DNA of 54,320 nucleotides from a virus: UHGV virus genome UHGV-1522278; one strand, 5' to 3'. Shown piece by piece: positions 26,348 to 36,613 of this stretch (position 1 is its first letter; each line of letters starts with the position of its first letter). The notes under the pieces were generated by a model. It saw only the letters and a program-made list of their open reading frames with translations, ran no database searches and was not told where the DNA came from. The position numbers and the translations under genes were made by a program.

Positions 26348-26530
26348 ATGGATGATTATATCATTGCCGGATTGATCGGCATTTCTGTATATCTGGTGGG
26401 TTTTATTGCAGTTGCACTAATAAACGCAAAGATCAAGCGCTGGCTGGAGGGCAAGATGATTGACCCGCTCGTTATCCTTTCTTTATGCGTCGCTGTATGG
26501 CTGGCGATCATGATATTCATTGAAAGCTGA
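26348..26530 (+). CDS. small membrane protein (60 aa, two TM segments)
   Basis: ATG at 26348 in the frame of the track ORF 26333-26530. Confidence 0.45.
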   Translation: MDDYIIAGLIGISVYLVGFIAVALINAKIKRWLEGKMIDPLVILSLCVAVWLAIMIFIES

Positions 26531-26624
26531 AGGTATTCACCATGAATATTTACGATCTCATCTGGTGGTCAGTGGTCGCCGTCATTATCTATTTCTGGTG
26601 GAAGAATGTTGTATAGGTGACGGC

Positions 26625-26723
26625 ATGGATATATTCGAATTACTGGCGATTATGTGCGGAATGATGCTAGGCGTTGTCGCCATAATCATAATCATCGGCC
26701 TTGTTATGGGTAGCATCAAATGA
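26625..26723 (+). CDS. small membrane peptide (32 aa)
   Basis: ATG at 26625 with AGGTGA RBS; MDIFELLAIMCGMMLGVVAIIIIIGLVMGSIK. Confidence 0.35.
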   Translation: MDIFELLAIMCGMMLGVVAIIIIIGLVMGSIK

Positions 26724-27118
26724 ACGCATACGAAATGCTATTGCTGGTGGCTGTTATTACAGTTATTGCCGTTGATTTCTATCGAGGGTTTAAAAGATGA
26801 GAGAAGCAGACTTCTTTTGCATGATTATAGTGATTGTCATCGTTGCGGTGCTTTTAAGTGTTAACTGAATCGCAGGAGTTAAAAATGAAATGGCTTGATT
26901 TCTTTTTCCTGATTGTCGCAATTGTTCTAACCATGACCGCGCTGACTCAATAGGTTGTGGCTTGGACGCGCATTTTATGCGCTTCCTAAATTCATCAAGT
27001 CAAATAAAGTGGATGGTAACGATGAAAGAGCTATTCGACTTTCTGGAAACGGTAACATACTGCGCAACATTAATTGCGTGTTTATATATTCTGTGCAAAT
27101 GGTTTTGAGAGGTGAAAT

Positions 27119-27604
27119 ATGGCCCGCACTAAAAAGGCAAAAGCTGACGATAAAAAGCCAGCAGCTAAAAAGGTGGGCCGTCCGCATGGTTATACCGAAG
27201 AAAAGGCATTAGAGATCTGTGAGCTGGTGGCGGACGGTCAAAGTATTAACAGGATTTCGAAGATGCCTGATATGCCTGCGCGTTCAACAATCCTTAAATG
27301 GTTCAGAGACGTGCCAGAGTTCTCGGACATGTACATACGCGCGAAAGAGATCGGTTTTGAGGTATTGGCTGATGAGATTATCGACATAGCTGACGCAGCG
27401 GAGAACACCGATAAAGACCAATGCCGCCGCCATCAATTGATGATTGAAACCCGTAAATGGCTATTGGCAAAACTGCAACCGCGTAAGTATGGCGAACGCG
27501 TTACGCAGGAAATCGTAGGCAACAGGGAAGAAGCACCAGTACAGGTAGAAGTCACAAAAGAAGAGATCGCCCGCATCGTTCAGGAAGTAGAAGATGAGGT
27601 GTGA
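27119..27604 (+). CDS. terminase small subunit
   Basis: 161 aa with HTH-like N-terminus; directly precedes the large terminase gene. Confidence 0.8.
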   Translation: MARTKKAKADDKKPAAKKVGRPHGYTEEKALEICELVADGQSINRISKMPDMPARSTILKWFRDVPEFSDMYIRAKEIGFEVLADEIIDIADAAENTDKDQCRRHQLMIETRKWLLAKLQPRKYGERVTQEIVGNREEAPVQVEVTKEEIARIVQEVEDEV

Positions 27605-27606
27605 TT

Positions 27607-29085
27607 ATGCTGACAATCAAAGAACGAGTTATTCAGTCCAAATGTGAAAACGATGGCCTGTTTTTCAATCGCTACTTCTATAAGCAAGCGAACGGAACGA
27701 AGATGTTAATCTCAGGCCATCACTTAGCTATCCGCGACGCACTGCAACGCGTTGTCAATGGTGAGATAACCCGACTCATCATTAACATCCCTCCAGGGTA
27801 CGGCAAAACCATGATCGCAACTATCAACATGATGGCGCGGTCACTCGCAATAAATCCCCGCACACGATTCCTTCATGTCTCCTATTCCAACAACCTGGCG
27901 TTACTCAATTCCTCGACCGTAAGAAACATGATCTGTACGCCTGAATATCAGGCAATGTGGCCCATGAGGATCCGCAACGATGCAAACTCAAAATCAATGT
28001 GGTGGACTGAATACGGTGGCGGCGTGTATGCAACGTCATCGCTTGGCCAGGTTACAGGGTTCCGCGCGGGGTATATGGAACCAGGATTTAACGGCGCGTT
28101 AATCATCGACGACCCATTAAAACCCGCTGACGCTTATTCTGACGTGGTGAGAAAGCAGGTTAACACTAACTATAACGACACGCTTGCTTCACGTCTGGCA
28201 GTGCAAACAACGCCTGTTATCGTCATTATGCAGCGCATCCACTACGATGATTTGTCCGGCTACCTGCTACGCGGTGGAAGCGGTGAAAAGTGGTATCACC
28301 TTAACCTGCCAGTGAAGATCGACAACAGCGTTGACTACCGGGATTTGTATCCTGAAAACGAGTTCGCAATCCCTATTCCTCACAACCTGCCTGATGGCTG
28401 GCTGTGGCCTAAAAAGCACAATGACGCCCATGAAGCTGGACTGAAAGCACACAGGCGGTCATTTGAGGCCCAGTACATGCAGCGCCCGCGTAAATTCGAC
28501 GAAGAGGGTGCATTGTGGACTGAAGCGATGATAACCGCAGCGCACCGTATGCAGATAACGCAGGACAAGATCCGCACCGTGATAGCCATTGACCCGGCGA
28601 CAACATCATCTGATGAGTCAGACGAAACGGGGATCGTGGCGTGTTCCGCTTATGGTGGCGGTAAGAATGCTCAGTATTCTGTTGATGGTGACTATTCGGG
28701 CCGCATGTCGCCTAACGACTGGGCGCAGGCATCAATGAACGCCTACAACATCCATGAAGCTGACGCGATAGTTATCGAAACCAACCAGGGCGGCGAAATG
28801 GCAGAGGCCACGCTACGCAATGCCGGATTCAAAGGCCGAATTGTTAAGGTGCACGCAAGCAAAGGTAAATTCGCCCGTGCCGAACCAATATCTGCACTGT
28901 ATGCGCAAGGAAGGGTTGCACACACTGGCAGCCTGTACACGCTGGAAAATCAAATGATGGAATACGTGCCAGCCACCGCCAAAAAATCCCCTGACCGTAT
29001 GGATGCGATGGTATGGGGTATCACCGAATTAAGCCAGCCACAGGCAATGGGCCTCATGTTACCGAAGCGCCTGCGCGGATTTTAA
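27607..29085 (+). CDS. terminase large subunit
   Basis: ATG at 27607 (GAGGTG RBS); Walker A PPGYGKT, Walker B LIIDDP; C-terminal nuclease-like region. Confidence 0.9.
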   Translation: MLTIKERVIQSKCENDGLFFNRYFYKQANGTKMLISGHHLAIRDALQRVVNGEITRLIINIPPGYGKTMIATINMMARSLAINPRTRFLHVSYSNNLALLNSSTVRNMICTPEYQAMWPMRIRNDANSKSMWWTEYGGGVYATSSLGQVTGFRAGYMEPGFNGALIIDDPLKPADAYSDVVRKQVNTNYNDTLASRLAVQTTPVIVIMQRIHYDDLSGYLLRGGSGEKWYHLNLPVKIDNSVDYRDLYPENEFAIPIPHNLPDGWLWPKKHNDAHEAGLKAHRRSFEAQYMQRPRKFDEEGALWTEAMITAAHRMQITQDKIRTVIAIDPATTSSDESDETGIVACSAYGGGKNAQYSVDGDYSGRMSPNDWAQASMNAYNIHEADAIVIETNQGGEMAEATLRNAGFKGRIVKVHASKGKFARAEPISALYAQGRVAHTGSLYTLENQMMEYVPATAKKSPDRMDAMVWGITELSQPQAMGLMLPKRLRGF

Positions 29086-29163
29086 AATCTGACTCACAAT
29101 CCACCACAAGTTTTTCTATTTTTCGCGTAGCAACGCGTAAACATGTATTCAGGAGTAAACATT

Positions 29164-30534
29164 ATGCCATCCAATTTAGAATTGGCGGTTAATGCTGCCT
29201 TGTCACAACGTAAGGCGGCCTATGCCCGCTATGCAGCCGCCAACCCATTCACTATGGGGATAGATGCCAAACGCGATACTGCGTGGAGTGAATACGGATT
29301 CAAAGAAGAGATCACGTATGACGACCTGTACAAACTGTACAGACGCGGTGGTATTGCTCACGGTGCTATTGAGAAAATCATCACGACGTGCTGGCGCACC
29401 AAGCCAAAGATGATCGAAGGAACTGAAGACGAGAAAGCGAAAAAGGAAACACCGTGGGAAAGAGAAATCAAGAAGAAATTTAACAACAGATTTTGGCGCA
29501 CTGTTGCTGAATGTGATCGCCGCCGCCTCATTGGTCGTTATGCTGGCCTGTTGATTCATGTAAGAGATAACCAGCCGTGGGATCAGCCAGTGACAAAAGG
29601 TGTAGGCATTGCCAAATTTACCCCGGTATGGGCTGGCGCTCTTACACCGAAGGAGTTCGAAGAAGACCCGAACAGTGAAAACTATGGCCTGCCAACGTGG
29701 TGGGAATACAAAGAACGCATTAACAGTAAGACCATTGCCAGAAGAATCCACCCTGACCGCATATTCATCTTTGGCGACTATTCTGATGATGTCATCGCTT
29801 TCCTTGAACCGTCCTATAACGCCTTTGTGTCACTTGAGAAGGTGGAAGGGGGTAGCGGTGAATCATTCCTGAAAAACGCCGCCCGCCAGCTTGCTATCTC
29901 GTTCGATAAAGAGATTGACTTCCGTTCCCTTGCTGCAACATACGATTGCGACGTTACAGAGTTACGCGAAAGATTTAATGAGGCTACTGCTGAAATGAAT
30001 AAGGGTAATGACGTAATGATGGCGTTACAGGGTGCAACAGTAAGCCCGCTGGTTACTGCTGTATCTGACCCGTCATCAACCTATGACGTAAACCTGCAAA
30101 CCGCCGCCGCTGGTGTTGATATTCCAACCCGCATCCTGGTAGGGAACCAGCAGGGCGAACGCGCATCAACCGAAGACCTCCGCTACTTCAACAGCCGCTG
30201 TATGACCCGCAGGGAGGAAATTGGCGGTGAACTTGAAGATCTGTTCCGCAAGATGGCAGATCTCCGCCTTATCAGTATGCCAATTGACGTATCAGTGATA
30301 TGGGACGACCTGAACGCCATGACCAAAGCGGAGCTACTGGAAGCCGCAGACAAGATGGCGCAAATCAATCAGGCTTGTTTGGCTACTGGTGAAGAAATAT
30401 TTAGCGGTGACGAGATCCGCGAGGCTGCCGGATACGATGGCCCTGCCAGTGTAGTTGAAACGGAAGAGGAAGACGATGATGAAGGTGAAGAAGATAATCA
30501 GGCGAATACCTCCAGCCGCGATAATGCCATCTAA
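29164..30534 (+). CDS. portal protein
   Basis: start at the second ATG (29164, AGGAG RBS); about 456 aa; acidic C-terminus; position after terminase. Confidence 0.75.
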   Translation: MPSNLELAVNAALSQRKAAYARYAAANPFTMGIDAKRDTAWSEYGFKEEITYDDLYKLYRRGGIAHGAIEKIITTCWRTKPKMIEGTEDEKAKKETPWEREIKKKFNNRFWRTVAECDRRRLIGRYAGLLIHVRDNQPWDQPVTKGVGIAKFTPVWAGALTPKEFEEDPNSENYGLPTWWEYKERINSKTIARRIHPDRIFIFGDYSDDVIAFLEPSYNAFVSLEKVEGGSGESFLKNAARQLAISFDKEIDFRSLAATYDCDVTELRERFNEATAEMNKGNDVMMALQGATVSPLVTAVSDPSSTYDVNLQTAAAGVDIPTRILVGNQQGERASTEDLRYFNSRCMTRREEIGGELEDLFRKMADLRLISMPIDVSVIWDDLNAMTKAELLEAADKMAQINQACLATGEEIFSGDEIREAAGYDGPASVVETEEEDDDEGEEDNQANTSSRDNAI

Positions 30535-31420
30535 CACCGAAGACCCGACCATGACAGGGAAGTTACGGTCTGGCGCTATCAAGCGTTTTAAAGCCTGCCT
30601 GAAGAAAGTTGCGGATCCGTATATTGCCATACTGGACAGAATGCAATATAGCCTGGCTGTTAATAAAAAATACACCTTCCAGATCTACATCGACGAATTA
30701 CATGACTTGCTGGAAGACGCCAGCGATATGATTGATGAGATATTCGACCTGACTGACCCGGAAAACTTCTGGTTCTGGCAGGAATACGTAAAGGTGGCAT
30801 ATCAGCGCGGCACTTCTCAGGAATATGCCAACCTCGCTAACCAGTCGGTCACATATTCCAGGGCTTACCCTGAAGTGTCTGCAGTATTAACCAGCCAGAC
30901 CTATCGCACCCGCCTTGCCCTGGTGCGTACCCGTGTATTTGAAGAGATGCGCGGGCTGACAGCACAGATCAAGAAGGATATGGCCCGCCGATTAACCGAA
31001 GGCATGGCCCGTGGCTTAAACCCACTCGAAATAGCGCGCACATTGCAGCAGGAAACGCAATTGCCGCTATACAGGTGCAAACGTATTGCCCGTACTGAAA
31101 TATGCACAGCGTTGCGCACAGCGCGTATGGATGAGGCTGAGGCAGCATCGGAAGAGCTTAACTTGCGCACTATGCAGATGCACATTTCGGCATTATCACC
31201 GACTACCAGGCTATCACACGCACAGCGGCACGGGAAAACGTACACCATAGACGAGCAGCGCGAATGGTGGAGTAAATCCCCCAATTCAATTAACTGCAAA
31301 TGTAGCACAATTACCGTGCTGGTGGATGAATCTGGTAACATATTAAACAAAAGAATCATTGAGCGAGCGCAAGAAAATTACAAAGTTGCGCACGCTAAAT
31401 ATGGCGAAGATTGGGAGTAA
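30524..31420 (+). CDS. head morphogenesis protein (SPP1 gp7 / Mu F-like minor capsid protein)
   Basis: about 298 aa; position after portal; start ambiguous (30476 or 30524). Confidence 0.7.
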   Translation: MPSNTEDPTMTGKLRSGAIKRFKACLKKVADPYIAILDRMQYSLAVNKKYTFQIYIDELHDLLEDASDMIDEIFDLTDPENFWFWQEYVKVAYQRGTSQEYANLANQSVTYSRAYPEVSAVLTSQTYRTRLALVRTRVFEEMRGLTAQIKKDMARRLTEGMARGLNPLEIARTLQQETQLPLYRCKRIARTEICTALRTARMDEAEAASEELNLRTMQMHISALSPTTRLSHAQRHGKTYTIDEQREWWSKSPNSINCKCSTITVLVDESGNILNKRIIERAQENYKVAHAKYGEDWE

Positions 31421-31425
31421 AAACC

Positions 31426-32697
31426 GTGAATAAAGAACTGATTCAGGTTAATACCAAATTAACCGCTAATACCATCCGCAGGGAAACATATAACGGGCGA
31501 GAACACATCGTGGTCCCGTCTTATACGTTGCCCTTCAATATCGTTATGAATCGGGAATATTACCCGGAAGCCGAAATCATTGCTAATTATCAATCTCTGG
31601 AAGGTACGCTTGCACCGCTGGGCCATCCTACGGTTAACGGTGAATTTGTTTCCGCATTTAGCCCTGAAGGTCTGAATATTGGCTTTTGTGGCGCATGGAA
31701 CAGGAATGTTGAATTACGCGGCAACCGTGTTTATGTGGAAAAATGGGTGGATGTTGAAACAGCCAGCCATTCAGAACAGGGGCGCGAATTATTAAGCCGA
31801 CTCGAAGCACTGGAAAAAGGCGAAAGCAAAGATCCGATCTGGTCATCTGTTGCCGTATATCGTGAGCGTATGCCAGCAACCGAAGAGATGAAGGCACAGG
31901 GCGCTGACAGCGTTGTCAAAATCATGTCAATTGACCATGACGCCATCTTACTACATGAACCGCCAGCCGCATCGCCAGAACAGGGCGTTGGCCTGATGGT
32001 TAACACTGACCAGGCGAAGCCGTTAATGGCGGTGGCAATGAAAGAAAACAGCTATCGCACGCTTGAAAGACAATTGGAAGAAGCGGCGCGTAAACTGTTC
32101 CCAGATGCAGATTATGTCTATGTCGTGGACTTCACTGATAAAGAAGTGACCATTGCCACTAATGCCGAAAGTGCTCAAGTTTGCACGTATGAAAAACAGG
32201 CTGATAAAATAATTCTCAATAATGGCGAGCTTGCAACCAACGAGGAAAGTAAATCCTGGTTCGCCCAGTTCGCTGAACACCTATCTAATCTTTTCTCCCT
32301 GAATGAAAAAATTAAGGCCAATAAATCGGAGGGTGAACCCATGCCTTTGACCAAAGAAGAACGCGCCGAACTGGTAAAAGAAATTAACGAAAGCATCACC
32401 GCAAATATGGCTAATGCAATCGCTGAAGCGCTTAAACCAGTACAGGCAAGCGTTGAAGAATTACAGACCAATCAGAAAGCGATTAAAGAAGAGATCGCAG
32501 CAAACGCAAATAAAGAAGAAGCAGAAAAACGCGCCGCAGTAGCAAAAGTACACGGCGAAATTGTTGCTAACGCATTAAGCGGTGAAGCGTTAGAAGCAAT
32601 GTTTAAATCCCTGGGCAAAGCAGCACCAATGGCAGCAAACTCCGCCGCTGGTGGAAATAAACCTGCCACCCCTGACATTAACAACTATTTCGCATAA
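31426..32697 (+). CDS. scaffolding-like protein
   Basis: GTG start at 31426 (GGGAG RBS); long helical Ala/Glu/Lys-rich C-terminal half; upstream of the capsid gene. Confidence 0.6.
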   Translation: MNKELIQVNTKLTANTIRRETYNGREHIVVPSYTLPFNIVMNREYYPEAEIIANYQSLEGTLAPLGHPTVNGEFVSAFSPEGLNIGFCGAWNRNVELRGNRVYVEKWVDVETASHSEQGRELLSRLEALEKGESKDPIWSSVAVYRERMPATEEMKAQGADSVVKIMSIDHDAILLHEPPAASPEQGVGLMVNTDQAKPLMAVAMKENSYRTLERQLEEAARKLFPDADYVYVVDFTDKEVTIATNAESAQVCTYEKQADKIILNNGELATNEESKSWFAQFAEHLSNLFSLNEKIKANKSEGEPMPLTKEERAELVKEINESITANMANAIAEALKPVQASVEELQTNQKAIKEEIAANANKEEAEKRAAVAKVHGEIVANALSGEALEAMFKSLGKAAPMAANSAAGGNKPATPDINNYFA

Positions 32698-32707
32698 GAG
32701 GTGAATT

Positions 32708-33136
32708 ATGGCCCGTTTTCGTCGTGTAAATATTGACGGTAAATCCGTTACTGAAACCGCAGTATCTGACGCAGCACTTAAGCCAGGTACTCCGGTAAAA
32801 ATGGCGGCTGGTAAATTCGCTGCCGCAACTGATACCGAAGGCCGTATTTATGTTGTAAATCCGGCATACCATGAAGGTTTAGGCATTGAAGATGTGATCC
32901 CGGTTGGTCATTCCGTGGTTGCTGACTACGCAGAAGAAGGACGCGAATTTGCAATTCTTCTTCCTGAAGGTACTTACACCAAAGACGCAGGAATCACCAT
33001 TGGCGAGTCTGGCTTCGCATTAGCAAAACCAGCGTCCAGCGAGCCATCACAAACCCCTGCTGATCCGGTTTTCGCTTTCTGCCAGGAAACTGTAACCCTT
33101 GAAGCGGCTGATTTTGTACGTGTCCGCGTTGCATAA
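32708..33136 (+). CDS. head structural / decoration-like protein
   Basis: 142-aa ORF between scaffold and major capsid genes. Confidence 0.45.
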   Translation: MARFRRVNIDGKSVTETAVSDAALKPGTPVKMAAGKFAAATDTEGRIYVVNPAYHEGLGIEDVIPVGHSVVADYAEEGREFAILLPEGTYTKDAGITIGESGFALAKPASSEPSQTPADPVFAFCQETVTLEAADFVRVRVA

Positions 33137-33155
33137 TAATAAGAGGTGAAAAACT

Positions 33156-34208
33156 ATGCTGTTTAATAAACACAACCTTGCTACCAACAGCCGCATTCGT
33201 GCTCAGTGGGATCACCTTTGGGCGCAGCGCAACATGTTCAATGATCGTGACGGCGCTCTTATTGCCGCAAATATGGCAAACATGACCGCTGACATCCTGG
33301 CATGTAATGCCGTTGGCGGCTTCGATCAGGAATTCTGGAAAGCTATCGATAACCAGATTATCGAAATGAGCACCGAAGAGACTGGCATCGAAATTGTAAA
33401 CGACCTGATGGCTGTTCAAACCGTATTACCAATCGGTAAAACCGAGAAAATGTACAGCGTATCCGGTGATATTAACGATGAAGTTGTCGTTAGTATTGAT
33501 GGTCAGGCTCCGCATGGCTTCGATCACACTGAATACGGTAGCGATGGCGACCCGATCCCGATGTTCACAGCTGGTTACGGTGTCAACTGGCGTCATTCCG
33601 AAGGTCTGAAAACTGCTGGTATTGACCTTGCACTGGATAGCCAGCGCCTGAAACTGCAAAAATTCAACAAAGCCCGCGTTGATTATTACCTTAACGGTAA
33701 CGCAAAAATCAACGTCAACGGTAAACCTGGCCAGGGTATTAAAAATCACCGTAATACCCAGCAACTGACCATGAGCACCGAAGACCTCACCACTGACGGA
33801 TTTGACGATCTAATCAAATTCTTCACCACTGGTGCATTCGGTGTTATGGCCCGCAACAACCGCGTTGATCAGTATGACATCATGTGGGTGTCCCCTGAAA
33901 TTATGGCTAACATGGCGGCGCCGCACATTGCTAACGGTACTGTTGTTGGTACTGTACTGAATATCGTTAAACCGTTCATTCCGGTTAAAGAAATCCGTCA
34001 GACCTTTGCTCTGAAAGGTAACGAGTTCATTGCTTACCAACGCCGTCGCAACGTCATTACCCCGCTGGTTGGTATGACTACTGGTGTTGTCCCTCTGCCG
34101 CGCTTTATGCCGACTGATAACTACAACTTCAAAATCATGTCTGCCGAAGGTTTACAAATCACCTGCGACATGCTGGGCCGTTCCGGTGTCGTTTACGGTC
34201 ACAAATAA
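33156..34208 (+). CDS. major capsid protein
   Basis: 350 aa with strong RBS AAGAGGTGA; followed by a strong terminator; position and size typical. Confidence 0.75.
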   Translation: MLFNKHNLATNSRIRAQWDHLWAQRNMFNDRDGALIAANMANMTADILACNAVGGFDQEFWKAIDNQIIEMSTEETGIEIVNDLMAVQTVLPIGKTEKMYSVSGDINDEVVVSIDGQAPHGFDHTEYGSDGDPIPMFTAGYGVNWRHSEGLKTAGIDLALDSQRLKLQKFNKARVDYYLNGNAKINVNGKPGQGIKNHRNTQQLTMSTEDLTTDGFDDLIKFFTTGAFGVMARNNRVDQYDIMWVSPEIMANMAAPHIANGTVVGTVLNIVKPFIPVKEIRQTFALKGNEFIAYQRRRNVITPLVGMTTGVVPLPRFMPTDNYNFKIMSAEGLQITCDMLGRSGVVYGHK

Positions 34209-34226
34209 TTTTGTATTTCCTGTAAC

Positions 34227-34256
34227 TCCCCGGCGCGATGCCGGGGATTTTTTTTG
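34227..34256 (+). terminator. rho-independent terminator after the major capsid gene
   Basis: TCCCCGGC-gcgat-GCCGGGGA followed by a T8 run. Confidence 0.6.
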
Positions 34257-34273
34257 TATGTGGAGCAAACAAA

Positions 34274-34660
34274 ATGGTCACTACAGAACAGGCGCGGGAA
34301 TATCTTGAAAGCCAGGGTATTGACCTGCCAGACATTATCTTATCCTTGCTGGTGGAGCAGGCAAATAGCGTTAATGAATGCCTTGATGCCAACTATCCGG
34401 CCTCCACTGCAACATTAATCCAACTTTATCTGATTGGCCTGTTAGGACTCACTCAGGCTAACAAGTACGTTTCCTCGCAAACTGGTCCGAACGGTGCAGG
34501 CCAGTCATACCGCTATGTCGATTTTAATAAAAAATGGAAGGCAGCCTACTCGTTGCTTTACTCCCTTGATAAACATCACTGTACAGCCGAACTGATTCCA
34601 CCAGATCCAGAAAACACCGCGCACGCAGGATTGTGGATAGGTAAAAGCGGGAGGATGTAA
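34274..34660 (+). CDS. head-tail connector / head completion protein (putative)
   Basis: 128 aa from the ATG at 34274; position after capsid gene. Confidence 0.5.
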   Translation: MVTTEQAREYLESQGIDLPDIILSLLVEQANSVNECLDANYPASTATLIQLYLIGLLGLTQANKYVSSQTGPNGAGQSYRYVDFNKKWKAAYSLLYSLDKHHCTAELIPPDPENTAHAGLWIGKSGRM

Positions 34661-34662
34661 CA

Positions 34663-34848
34663 ATGTGGAACGACCTGACATTACCGGATCCGCTATTGCC
34701 GAAACTGTTTACCCGCGTGTGGGTGAAAACTGACACCGGGCGACAGGTGGCGGCCTACCTCAATGATGCTGGTGAATGGGTAATTCTTTGCCCGCGCGTG
34801 GCGAAAACCCATCCGAAAATCGTTAAATGGAGCTATGGCTATGAGTAA
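34663..34848 (+). CDS. small structural-module protein
   Basis: 61-aa ORF. Confidence 0.4.
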   Translation: MWNDLTLPDPLLPKLFTRVWVKTDTGRQVAAYLNDAGEWVILCPRVAKTHPKIVKWSYGYE

Positions 34849-35209
34849 GATCGCGAGATTCAGTTACAAGGCATTAGCCACCATTTACCCCGTGACGCGT
34901 GACGACTGGATAAACTCCGATGTATACGGAACGCCATACCTGATTGATTGTGCATGGGAACGCACTGACGGAACAGCAACAGACGCAAACGGGAATGAGG
35001 TTAGCAACACGATAACCGTATATACCGAACTGCTTTACAAGATGCAGCCAGTTCAGCGCCCTGAAAAAGGGTGGATGATTGCCACTGGCGACACTACCGC
35101 TATCGCTGACCCGCTGGCGGCTGGGGCCAACTTTATAACCGGGATCGTTGAATGGGACATGAGTATGTTTAACGACACTCCGGATTATAAGATCGTCACA
35201 GGAGGTTAA
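34835..35209 (+). CDS. head-tail adaptor (putative)
   Basis: 124-aa ORF in the head-tail joining region. Confidence 0.45.
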   Translation: MAMSKIARFSYKALATIYPVTRDDWINSDVYGTPYLIDCAWERTDGTATDANGNEVSNTITVYTELLYKMQPVQRPEKGWMIATGDTTAIADPLAAGANFITGIVEWDMSMFNDTPDYKIVTGG

Positions 35210-35211
35210 TC

Positions 35212-35685
35212 ATGCCACTGAAAGGCGTCAGGCGTGTCCGTATGAAAATGACGGAAGAGATCAGGAATATAGCAGACAAAAAGACTTACGAAGTGTTGTG
35301 GATAGTTGGCAACGTTGCATCCGGCCTTGCATCTGGAATGACGCCAGTTGATACGGGTTTTTTAATTAACAGCATGTATCAGACAGTTGAGAAAAACGGT
35401 AACGGTCTTTGTCTAAGGGTTGGATATACCGCCCGCTATGCTGAATGGGTGCATGACATGCCAGGGACATTAATGGGGCAGCCTCGCGAGCATTTCGGTA
35501 AAACCAATAACCTTTCAGATTTTGGCCCAAAACAGGTAGTTGAGTTCGGCGGCGGTACTGGGAAGGGTTATTATTGGGATCCGAACGCGGAACCGGAATT
35601 TTTGCGCAAGGCGTTCGAGGAACCAGATAATTTTAATGAGATCTGGAACACGATTAAACTTGGTTACTGGACGAAACAATCATGA
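35212..35685 (+). CDS. HK97 gp10-like tail/neck component
   Basis: 157 aa; resembles the HK97 gp10 family by position and sequence character. Confidence 0.55.
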   Translation: MPLKGVRRVRMKMTEEIRNIADKKTYEVLWIVGNVASGLASGMTPVDTGFLINSMYQTVEKNGNGLCLRVGYTARYAEWVHDMPGTLMGQPREHFGKTNNLSDFGPKQVVEFGGGTGKGYYWDPNAEPEFLRKAFEEPDNFNEIWNTIKLGYWTKQS

Positions 35686-36068
35686 AACGCAGCGAAGTAT
35701 ACGACGAAATAAGGGATTGGATTAAATCCCACGGGTACGACGAAGGTTATATTTTGCAGGCCCGTTTCTGGAATGAGCGATCCAATTCTAATAACGACCG
35801 ATATATTGTTATCCAGCAAAATGGCGGGGCGGCTGGTGAAGAAGCAGTAACCCGTGACTACTTCCGCATCCTGGTTATTTCAGCGCGCAATGATGCAAAT
35901 ATCAGTGAAGTGGAAGATCTCGCCGACGCAATACGTCAAAGTATGATAACCGAATACAAAACTGATAAAATTACACACATGAAGCCAGTTGGCGCTATTC
36001 CTGCAATGCAGACAAGAGAAGGGCGCTTTATTTTTACCGTAGCTTTTCAAACCATCATATCTAGATAA
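35682..36068 (+). CDS. tail terminator-like protein (putative)
   Basis: 128-aa ORF immediately before the major tail gene. Confidence 0.5.
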   Translation: MKRSEVYDEIRDWIKSHGYDEGYILQARFWNERSNSNNDRYIVIQQNGGAAGEEAVTRDYFRILVISARNDANISEVEDLADAIRQSMITEYKTDKITHMKPVGAIPAMQTREGRFIFTVAFQTIISR

Positions 36069-36081
36069 GAGGTAACTAAAC

Positions 36082-36558
36082 ATGTCTCAGACTTGTGATA
36101 AAGGTTCGTTCTTAGGCCGCGACGTTGCCGTATTTTACGCTATCGCTTGCCCTAATGCGAAACCTAATGACGAAGCATATAAAGCGTTAGGCATGATGCG
36201 TGGTAAATCTCTTTCCGTAGAATGGGAAACCGCAGACGCCACCGCTGACAAATCAGCAGACTACACCAAAGAATCACTGGTAACTTACAAGTCCGTTTCC
36301 TTCTCAGGTGACGGCGTATCCCGCACAGAAGCGCTTCACAATCAGAAAGAGTTGAAACGCCACGTTATTAACCCTGGTGAGGTAACTGGTTCTCAGCCAA
36401 TCGTATGGTTAAAAATTGTTTCTCCGCTTGATGTGACTGAAGGCCCGTTTCTTTGCACTTCCTTTAAAGAAGAAGATCCGCATGACGATGTGTCCACCTG
36501 GTCCATTGAATGCGAAAGCGCTGGCAAGGTTACAGTAGCTGACGTTCCGGCGGCGTAA
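36082..36558 (+). CDS. major tail (tube) protein
   Basis: 158 aa; followed by a terminator hairpin and then a chaperone-like gene and the tape measure gene. Confidence 0.6.
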   Translation: MSQTCDKGSFLGRDVAVFYAIACPNAKPNDEAYKALGMMRGKSLSVEWETADATADKSADYTKESLVTYKSVSFSGDGVSRTEALHNQKELKRHVINPGEVTGSQPIVWLKIVSPLDVTEGPFLCTSFKEEDPHDDVSTWSIECESAGKVTVADVPAA

Positions 36559-36574
36559 CAACAAACACTGACAT

Positions 36575-36600
36575 TGGGGGCCATTTGGCCCCTTTATTTT
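36575..36600 (+). terminator. rho-independent terminator / attenuator after the major tail gene
   Basis: GGGGGCC-atttg-GGCCCC followed by TTTATTTTT. Confidence 0.55.
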
Positions 36601-36613
36601 TAAGGTGACAGCT

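Larger units (their letters stand above)
26275..27108 (+). other. tandem array of about eight micro-ORFs (15-60 aa) encoding single-TM hydrophobic peptides
   Basis: ORFs at 26275-26343, 26348-26530, 26542-26616, 26625-26723, 26720-26800, 26821-26868, 26885-26953, 27022-27108; most have RBS-like sequences. Confidence 0.4.

Noticed and set aside
26743-32654. Two Chi octamers (GCTGGTGG at 26743-26750 and 32647-32654)
   Set aside because: About the number expected by chance for an 8-mer in this much sequence; no enrichment or orientation pattern to support a functional claim.
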